32,150 bases of DNA from Spirochaetales bacterium (GTDB lineage Bacteria > Spirochaetota > Spirochaetia > JABEVK01). The notes under the pieces are model-generated. The model was not told the DNA's origin. It did not search any database and saw nothing but the letters and a program-made list of their open reading frames with translations. The stretch's first letter is position 1; every line of letters begins with the position of its first letter. Shown one piece after another: positions 25,513 to 32,150 of this stretch. The stretch is taken from contig JBAXAI010000039.1 in assembly GCA_037142615.1 (NCBI GenBank), forward strand, positions 1-32,150. Reading direction: 5' to 3'. The position numbers were made by a program, and so were the translations under genes.

Positions 25513-25788
25513 ATGCCCGCCCACCGCGCCGGAGGAAAACTCACCCGCAGCCACACCACCCTCATCGACGCCGCCGAGCCGGTGGTCGATGCCCTGCAAG
25601 AACGACCGGAGGTCAGCAAGATTTCGCTGGGGCTGATCAAGAACATTGGGAAAGGCTCGACCGGCCTCAAGTTCCACGAAGTGGTGGGCGGCTGGCGCAT
25701 CGTCATTCGGGGGAGCACGAGCCTGCAGGAGGTCGTGGTCTACACGTCGGACCCGGCCCGAACCAAGTTTGAACTGGAGCGCCTATGA
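25513..25788 (+). CDS. DUF2103-like small protein
   Basis: [21 protein letters not shown]...[11 protein letters not shown]...QEVVVYT matches the recalled DUF2103 pattern. Its stop overlaps the globin start (ATGA). Confidence 0.65.
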   Translation: MPAHRAGGKLTRSHTTLIDAAEPVVDALQERPEVSKISLGLIKNIGKGSTGLKFHEVVGGWRIVIRGSTSLQEVVVYTSDPARTKFELERL

Positions 25789-26198
25789 ACAAGTACGCGA
25801 TCGACGAGGTCAACCTCTACGAGCAGCTCGGCCACGCCAAGTTCGTCGAGCTGTCGACCTGCTTCTACAACAAGGTGTACGCCGACACTGAGCCTTCGTT
25901 CCGGGGCATGTTCCCCAAGGACAAGGACAGCGCCATCCAGAACCAGTACGAGTTCTTCATCCAGCGCATGCATGGCCCTGACCTCTATAGCCAGCGCAAG
26001 GGCCACCCCGCATTGCGCGCGCGCCACGACCGCTTTGCCATCACGCGCGCCCACGCCGACAAATGGCTGGGGCTCATGCGCGAGGCCTTGGGCGAAGTCG
26101 GCATCCCCGACGACGCCCGCGCCCGCATGGACGAGTTCCTCACCGACGTGGCGTACTTTTTGCAAAACGTGGGTGAGAATGGCGAACGCTTGTACTAG
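25785..26198 (+). CDS. Group II (2/2) truncated hemoglobin, GlbO/plant GLB3-like
   Basis: LYEQLG, FY (B9-B10), [28 protein letters not shown] (proximal His), conserved G8 Trp in DKWL. Confidence 0.9.
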   Translation: [137 protein letters not shown]

Positions 26199-26312
26199 CC
26201 CGGGCTCGGAAGCCTGTGCAATTTAGTTCTCACCTCTGTGCATTCCGGCGCCGACGAGCGCTCCCAATGCGTTCCTTCGGCTCAAAACCAACCTGCAAAC
26301 CGCTCCGATGTC

Positions 26313-26328
26313 TGGCATGAATCCTGCT
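26313..26328 (+). promoter_or_regulatory. sigma54 (-24/-12) promoter
   Basis: TGGCATG-AATC-CTGCT with GG-N10-GC, two mismatches from TGGCACG-N4-TTGCW. It places +1 near 26339, just before the GAGG RBS. Confidence 0.65.
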
Positions 26329-26349
26329 ATGGGGTGGCAGAGGTTCCCG

Positions 26350-27303
26350 ATGAAAATCTTCGCTGTTCTGCTTGCCTGCTTTGTGCTGCTGGTGGGGTGC
26401 TCCTCCAACCAGACTCCCATCCGAATCGGAATCGACGACTGGCCCCCCTGCGCCGTTTGGTCGGTGGCCGAAAAAGAAGGCTACTTGGCAGGACTTCGGG
26501 TCGAGTTCATCCACTACACCAACTGGTCCGACAACATGGAGGCCCTGTACAAGGGCAAAGTTGACCTGACCCACTCGACCTACCTCAACAGCATTTTTTA
26601 CAACAGCAAGGGCGAGCCGTGCCAGATTCTGCTCTCGCTCGATACCATTCTGGGCGGTGACGGACTGGTGATGTCGAACCGGTTGGCCTCGCCCAAAGAC
26701 CTCGTTGGGGCGCGCGTTGCTGTCGAGGTCGATACCGATGAGCACTTCCTGCTGTACAAGGCCCTGGTCGCCTTCGGGATTCCCACCGACCAGGTGACCC
26801 TCGTCTCGGCCACGTCGCAGGAGGCCGCCAAACTGTTCGCCGAGGGCAAGGTCGACGCCTGCTTCACCTACGACCCCTACCTCACCGAAGCCGCCAACTC
26901 GGGGCAGGGCCGGATCGTTTGGACGACCAAGGATGCTCCCGGGTACATGATCGACGTGCTGGTGGCCCGCAAGGAACTCGTCGACCAGCGCAAGGGCGAT
27001 ACCACCAAGGTTGTCGAGGCGTGGTACAAGGCGCTGGCGTTCATCCGAGCCCACTCCGACGTGGCCTACCCCATCATGGCCGAGTCGCTGAAAATGCCGC
27101 TGGCAGACTTTGTTCCTTTCTTCGAGTCGTTCCAGTTCTTCGGGGTTGAAGAAAACCAGAAGATCTTCGCCTCGCCGCAGTTCCAGGCGACGCTGGGCGA
27201 AATGTCAGACTTCCTGTTACGGGAAAAGGCCATTCCGATTCCAGCGGTCGTTTCGCGGCTTTATGAGCCCAGCGTGGTGGGAGCGATCAGCCCAACGCCA
27301 TGA
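26350..27303 (+). CDS. NitT/TauT (NMT1/SsuA-like) solute-binding lipoprotein
   Basis: ATG26350 with lipobox LLVG|C. IRIGIDDWP, AEKEGY, GGDGLV, DLVGARVAVE, VDACFTYDPYL, IDVL. Confidence 0.85.
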   Translation: MKIFAVLLACFVLLVGCSSNQTPIRIGIDDWPPCAVWSVAEKEGYLAGLRVEFIHYTNWSDNMEALYKGKVDLTHSTYLNSIFYNSKGEPCQILLSLDTILGGDGLVMSNRLASPKDLVGARVAVEVDTDEHFLLYKALVAFGIPTDQVTLVSATSQEAAKLFAEGKVDACFTYDPYLTEAANSGQGRIVWTTKDAPGYMIDVLVARKELVDQRKGDTTKVVEAWYKALAFIRAHSDVAYPIMAESLKMPLADFVPFFESFQFFGVEENQKIFASPQFQATLGEMSDFLLREKAIPIPAVVSRLYEPSVVGAISPTP

Positions 27304-28919
27304 AAGCACCCGTTCGCCGAGGAGTCAGGTTTCTCGTTGTCGTCATGATCTTGAGCACCTGTCTGGTTCTGATCACCCTCTTGAGCCTGACGACCCGGGG
27401 CATCTTCGAAAACGAGGCCCGGTCCGAGATGAAATCGACCTCGCAATTGTTGCTGTCGTCGCTCGACTGGGCCGTGGCTCCGCTGTTGAAATCCGGCGAC
27501 CTGTCGGCCATCCAGCGGCTCCTCGAGAACTTCGCCGACGATCGTTCGGTCGGCACGGTGCGCCTGGTCGATCACGCGGGCCTGGTGCTGGCGGGAAGCC
27601 GCCAGTTGGGGGGCGAGTCCAAACTTCCCGACATGGCGCTCGACCTCGTTTTCAGCCGGCAAAAACTGATGACCGACCTCTGGACGGGCGACAATTACTT
27701 CGCGGCCATCCCGGTCCGCGGGCAGGAGTATTCCCAGCAGCGAGGCAGCGACGTGGTCGCGGTGCTCATCCTCGGGCTGCGCGCCGAGACCTACCTCGCC
27801 AGCTATGGCCCGTTCAACACGACGATCATTGTGGTGGCCAGCCTCGCGGTCGCGCTCTTCGGAGGCATCTTGCTGATGTTTTTGCAACGGTGGATCTTCC
27901 GGCCCTTGAAGGACTTCCAGGCGGCCGCCCTTCAATTGCGAGACGGCGACTACCAGGCCAGAGTCGTGGTCAGCACGACCTCGGAAATGTGGGAGTTCGC
28001 CGACGTCTTCAACCGCATGGCCGAGGAAGTCGGCACCAAGGAAGTCGACTTGGAAAGGCGGGTCGAAGCCCGCACCGCTGAATTGACCCATGCACTTGCC
28101 AACCTCGAAAAGACCCGCGACGCGCTGGTCAGCCAAGAAAAAATGGCTTCCATCGGGCGGCTGGCCGCAGGCATTGCGCACGAGATCAACAACCCGACGG
28201 CGTACATACTGTCAAACTTCCTTTCGTTGACCGACTACATCGCCTACCTGAGTACCATCATTGAGGCCGGCCTGGAGCTGGGTCGCAAGGTCCGCGAGCA
28301 CGAAACAGCCGACCTCGCGGCGGCGGCCATCCGGCTTGACCAGGCGCAGCGCAAGGACGACCTGGAGTTTGTGCTCGGCGATCTGGGACTCATTTTGTCG
28401 GACTCAGCCAGCGGTGCGACGCGAATCAAGCAGATCGTCGATGGACTGAAGTCGTTTGCCCGCGGCGACAGCGGCGTTCAACTGCCGTGCGACCTGAATG
28501 AGCTCATCCGCACGTCGATGCGCATGGTCGACAACAAGCTGAAGTACAAGGGCAAGGTTGTCGCTGACCTCGGTGCTCTGCCCCCGGTTCTGGGCGTCGC
28601 GGGCAAACTCGAGCAGGTGTTTGTGAACCTGCTCACCAACGCTGGCGATGCGATCCAAGAACTTGGGGTGATCGAGATCCGTAGCTGGGCCGCGCCCGGC
28701 GAGGTCTTCGTGTCGGTGCGCGACAACGGCTCAGGCATGGATTCGGTCACGATCGCGCGGATCTTCGAGCCGTTCTATACCACGAAAGATGTAGGCCGAG
28801 GCACAGGGCTGGGCCTTTCCATCTCGTTGGGCATCATCCAGGAGCACGGGGGCGCCCTGAGCGTTGAGTCGGTGGTGGGCGTTGGCACCACCTTTACCAT
28901 CAGGCTCCCCTTGCTGTGA
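27300..28919 (+). CDS. Membrane sensor histidine kinase (2 TM, HAMP, HisKA, HATPase)
   Basis: ATGA overlap with the SBP gene. EKMASIGRLAAGIAHEINNP, QVFVNLLTNAGDA, DNGSGM, IFEPFYTTK, GTGLGLS. Confidence 0.95.
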   Translation: MKAPVRRGVRFLVVVMILSTCLVLITLLSLTTRGIFENEARSEMKSTSQLLLSSLDWAVAPLLKSGDLSAIQRLLENFADDRSVGTVRLVDHAGLVLAGSRQLGGESKLPDMALDLVFSRQKLMTDLWTGDNYFAAIPVRGQEYSQQRGSDVVAVLILGLRAETYLASYGPFNTTIIVVASLAVALFGGILLMFLQRWIFRPLKDFQAAALQLRDGDYQARVVVSTTSEMWEFADVFNRMAEEVGTKEVDLERRVEARTAELTHALANLEKTRDALVSQEKMASIGRLAAGIAHEINNPTAYILSNFLSLTDYIAYLSTIIEAGLELGRKVREHETADLAAAAIRLDQAQRKDDLEFVLGDLGLILSDSASGATRIKQIVDGLKSFARGDSGVQLPCDLNELIRTSMRMVDNKLKYKGKVVADLGALPPVLGVAGKLEQVFVNLLTNAGDAIQELGVIEIRSWAAPGEVFVSVRDNGSGMDSVTIARIFEPFYTTKDVGRGTGLGLSISLGIIQEHGGALSVESVVGVGTTFTIRLPLL

Positions 28920-28961
28920 CGCTCGGAATTAGTTAACATTAGTAACAAAAGGGAGCCTCAG

Positions 28962-29510
28962 ATGGAAAAGAAATCGTTCCTGGAAAATCGCGGCTGGCTG
29001 TATGGGCTGGTCAAAGCTCTGGCGTTTGGCAGCCTGTTTCGGTTCATGCACTACTGGTACGAGTGGTGGCCGAATCCGGTCACGGCCATCGTTTCCGGCA
29101 CCGGCGAATCGGTGTTCCAGCACTTCAAGATCGGGTTCTGGGCGTTGGCGATTCTGATCTTGGTCGAGGCCTTGCTGGTGGGAAAGCGCATCGGCTGGCG
29201 TCCGTTCGCGGCGAGCCGGGCGCTGAGTCTGAGTCTGGTTTCGTGGTTCAACTTTGTGCTGTGGTACGCGGTGGCCAGCTTCGGCCCCTTGCCGACCGGC
29301 CCCGTCGAGCTGGCGGTGGTGATTGGCATGGTGTTCGCCATGGGCTTCTTGATCTGGGCCCTCGAAAAAGACACCGAGACAATTGCGTGGTCGGTTCGCG
29401 GCTTGGTCACGGTCGGGCTGGTGCTGGTGTTGACGGCGTGGGTGCTCATCGCGTGGCAATGGCAAACGGTGCTTCCCGCCGATGACGTGTTTGCGGCGCC
29501 GAAGGGTTAG
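28962..29510 (+). CDS. Membrane protein, DUF6512-like
   Basis: GGGAG RBS and about 5 hydrophobic segments. HYWYEW and ESVFQHFKIGFW resemble the recalled ESVWEHxK motif. Confidence 0.65.
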   Translation: MEKKSFLENRGWLYGLVKALAFGSLFRFMHYWYEWWPNPVTAIVSGTGESVFQHFKIGFWALAILILVEALLVGKRIGWRPFAASRALSLSLVSWFNFVLWYAVASFGPLPTGPVELAVVIGMVFAMGFLIWALEKDTETIAWSVRGLVTVGLVLVLTAWVLIAWQWQTVLPADDVFAAPKG

Positions 29511-32101
29511 CTGACCGAAGGAAGCAGCGCCTGCAGGGTGTCCATCAGCATGCTTGCCGAAAACGGCTTTGGCAGCCGGGCGCGAAAAACCTTGTCAAAC
29601 TCGGTTTGGTCGCCGTCGGCGGCGTAGCCGCTCATGGCAACAAGGACCGGGGAAGCCCCGAACTCCAACAGGGCTTTCCCCATTTCCAAGCCGCCCATGC
29701 CCCCCGGCACCGTCAGGTCAAGCAGGGCAAACCTGATGGTGTGCCCTTTGGCTCCGGCCTCCTGGAACAAGCGCAGGCCACTTTGGCCATCGGGGGCGCT
29801 GAGCACTTGGAAACCCAGCAGTTCGAGCATTTCGGCCACAAGTTCCCGCACCTGGTCCTGGTCGTCCATCACAAGCGCCCAGCCCGAACCGTGGTAGTTG
29901 ACCCCGACCGGCGGCTCGGCAACGGGCTTGGAAGGCGCCAGAGCCGGCAACACAAGGGTAAAGGTCGACCCGTGTTTGGGTTCCGACAGCACCTCAATCC
30001 AGCCGCCATGCTTTTTTGCGATCGACAGAGCCTTTGTCAGGCCCAGGCCGGTAGCCCCCGGTCTGGTGGTGTAAAAGGGAGCAAACACCTGCTTGAGTCC
30101 GACTTCATCGATGCCAATACCCTGGTCAACAACGGAAAGGCGCACGGTCGGCACCGGGTCCGGAACGTTGGTGGCAACCAAACGGACCGTCACACCCTCC
30201 GCTGAGGCTTGCCGCGCATTGTCCAGCAAGTATCCCAGCACTTGGCGAACCTGATCGGCGTCGCAGTTGCACTCCCACAGATCGGGCTCAAAGTCGCTCA
30301 CCAGGGTGACAGAACTGCCGGTAAAGCTCGCTTCGGCCCAGGACCGCAAACGGCCGAGTAACTGCATGACTTTCTTGACCGGAGTTCCCCCAGTGGCAAA
30401 GGTAAGGTTCTCGCGGGTCAGGTTCTTGGCCATGTCGAAAGTCGCCAGGGCTGCGTCGAGTTTCTCCTTGACGTAAGTCGGCTTTCCTGCCGCAAGTCCC
30501 CGTAGGGCGAGTTCAATATTTCCAAACAGTACCGACAGAATATTGTTGAACTCGTGCGCGATGCCACCTGCCAAAAACCCCAGGCTTTCCAGTTTTTGCA
30601 GCTCTGAGGCTTTGTCTTCCAGCAGGCGTTCCGAAGTGACGTCCCGTATGGTCACTTGAGTTCCAGCCGCTTGTTGAGTTTCAGGTTGAAACAAGGGAGC
30701 AATGACGGACTGGAGCCAGAGGTGCTGCGTACCCACCATGTAACCCCGTTCTGTGGTCACAGGGAGTCTTTTCACTATGGCCTCGACCATCCGCGAACGG
30801 ATCTCGGAGCCGCGTTCGGGGCCGAACAACTGCTCGACGGTCTTGCCGACACTGCTTTCTTCTTGGCGTTGGGTGTATTGAATCGCGGCCGAGTTTTGCG
30901 CGACAAGGCGGCAATCTTGATCGAAAAGGACGTTGGCGCTGCCGGAATGTTCAAAGATCAACTGGTAACGCTGACGAGTGAGCTGCAACTCCCGTTCCCG
31001 CGCTTTGGCTTCGGTGATGTCAACAAATGTCGTGAAGACGCCGTCCGGGTTTTTCCCCGTCGCACCAAAAAGTGGTACCGAGTTGATGCTGATCCAACGC
31101 CGCCCTGTTTGGGGGTCGTCGATGCCCATCACGTTTCCCAGGGTGCCTTTTCCCGAACGCAGCGAGACCATCGAAGGGTGGGTCTCGCCCGGCCACGGAC
31201 TCCCGTCTTCGTGAACGGAACCCCAAGCTGGATCGACCGAAGTTCTGTTCAGAAGTTGTTCAAGGGACAGGCCCAAGTACTTTAGGGCCGCCTTGTTGGC
31301 CGACACAATTTTGCCCTGGACGTCTTGGAACACAAGACCTTCCGTCATTGAACCGTAGATCCGCTCAAGTAGATAGTCGCCGCGGACGAGCCTTCGTTCT
31401 GTCTCGATTCGAGCGCTGATTTCCCTTCCAACAGCGACAAAGACCGGCGTGCCCGAAATCTCGACCGCCTTGATGCTGAACTCGACCATGGACACCGAAC
31501 CCGAGCGGGAAACTGCCGACACTTCGAAGGTGGCTTCGCCCGAGTCGCGGCACTTTGCCAGGCCTTCCCGCATGGCCTCCCGGTCGGACTTCGTACGAAG
31601 TCCGTGGCTTGCACCGTGTACCGACTTCGTAAACTCTTCGAGCGCGTACCCGGAATACTTCAGGCCCGTCGCGTTGACCTCGAGGATCTTTTCGGTCGTC
31701 ACATCGATCACAAAAACGGCGTCGGCCACCGAATCCAGAACTTCCCGATACCGCTCTCCCTGGGGAGCCGGCTCTTGGCGGGTGGTACAAGCCTCAAAAA
31801 TCGCGACGAAATGCTGGGCCTCGGGGCAGTAGACGCTGACCTCGTACCCTTGCGCCACACCGGCAACGAAAGTGACGGTCCGCTCAGCGACTCCTGTTTC
31901 AGCGACCCGGCCTAGAAGTTGAAGAAAGTCACCCTTGGTTTCGAAGATCTTGGAGCCGGAAAGCCCGGCAAACGCAGGATTGGCGTAGAGCAGTTGGCAT
32001 TCCGCCCCCCCCCCCCCCCCCCCCCCCCGCCACGACGCAACGCCACTCGCGCCCCAGAAACCGCGCACGATCACCACACACACCAGTACCACGAAACACA
32101 A
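29507..32101 (-). CDS. Multi-PAS hybrid histidine kinase with receiver domain (5' end uncertain)
   Basis: Several PAS repeats (YANPAF, EVNAT, SANKAA, AQNSAA), GGIAHEFNNIL, DQGIGI, FAPFYTTR, GLGL, receiver VMDDQ...LLDLTVPGGMGG...KPF. The N-terminus passes through a 24-nt homopolymer and low-complexity sequence. Confidence 0.88.
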   Translation of the reverse strand: MCFVVLVCVVIVRGFWGASGVASWRGGGGGGGAECQLLYANPAFAGLSGSKIFETKGDFLQLLGRVAETGVAERTVTFVAGVAQGYEVSVYCPEAQHFVAIFEACTTRQEPAPQGERYREVLDSVADAVFVIDVTTEKILEVNATGLKYSGYALEEFTKSVHGASHGLRTKSDREAMREGLAKCRDSGEATFEVSAVSRSGSVSMVEFSIKAVEISGTPVFVAVGREISARIETERRLVRGDYLLERIYGSMTEGLVFQDVQGKIVSANKAALKYLGLSLEQLLNRTSVDPAWGSVHEDGSPWPGETHPSMVSLRSGKGTLGNVMGIDDPQTGRRWISINSVPLFGATGKNPDGVFTTFVDITEAKARERELQLTRQRYQLIFEHSGSANVLFDQDCRLVAQNSAAIQYTQRQEESSVGKTVEQLFGPERGSEIRSRMVEAIVKRLPVTTERGYMVGTQHLWLQSVIAPLFQPETQQAAGTQVTIRDVTSERLLEDKASELQKLESLGFLAGGIAHEFNNILSVLFGNIELALRGLAAGKPTYVKEKLDAALATFDMAKNLTRENLTFATGGTPVKKVMQLLGRLRSWAEASFTGSSVTLVSDFEPDLWECNCDADQVRQVLGYLLDNARQASAEGVTVRLVATNVPDPVPTVRLSVVDQGIGIDEVGLKQVFAPFYTTRPGATGLGLTKALSIAKKHGGWIEVLSEPKHGSTFTLVLPALAPSKPVAEPPVGVNYHGSGWALVMDDQDQVRELVAEMLELLGFQVLSAPDGQSGLRLFQEAGAKGHTIRFALLDLTVPGGMGGLEMGKALLEFGASPVLVAMSGYAADGDQTEFDKVFRARLPKPFSASMLMDTLQALLPSVS
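32005..32028. repeat. C24 homopolymer (G24 on the coding strand)
   Basis: 24 consecutive C counted directly. Confidence 0.9.
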
Positions 32102-32150
32102 ACCGAGCTGCCTTCCCCGCCCGCCCAGGGAACAAGAAACCGTGCTCCAC

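Noticed and set aside
1-32150. CRISPR array, tRNA, rRNA or known riboswitch
   Set aside because: No regularly spaced repeats or recognisable RNA-family signatures by eye; a covariance-model scan was not possible.

Overview
GC-rich bacterial window, probably from a diderm (signal-peptidase-I-type solute-binding protein, predicted beta-stranded secreted protein). In order: (1) a coupled + strand catabolic operon: GH127/GH146-like cysteine glycosidase, MFS transporter, PLP trans-sulfuration-family lyase, UlaG-like metallo-beta-lactamase-fold hydrolase and SDR; (2) an intact IS1202/ISNCY-like transposase homolog that appears to lack all three DDE residues, has a near-consensus promoter and is divergent from ppsA-ppsR; (3) a GH36 alpha-galactosidase; (4) a secreted protein gene and an ECF sigma factor gene cut off by an IS91/ISCR-type remnant that the ORF track missed; (5) small genes (4xCxxC protein, DUF1801-like, hypothetical); (6) an arabino-oligosaccharide locus with two GH51s, a Dpp/Opp-type ABC system and an ArsR-like HTH regulator, with readable promoters and a candidate operator; (7) a DUF2103-like protein and a group II truncated hemoglobin resembling plant GLB3; (8) an orphan NitT/TauT-type lipoprotein coupled to a histidine kinase behind a sigma54-type promoter; (9) a membrane protein and a PAS hybrid kinase whose 5' end runs into a 24-nt C tract at the window edge. 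All family assignments come from motif recognition and recalled consensus sequences; no database searches were run.
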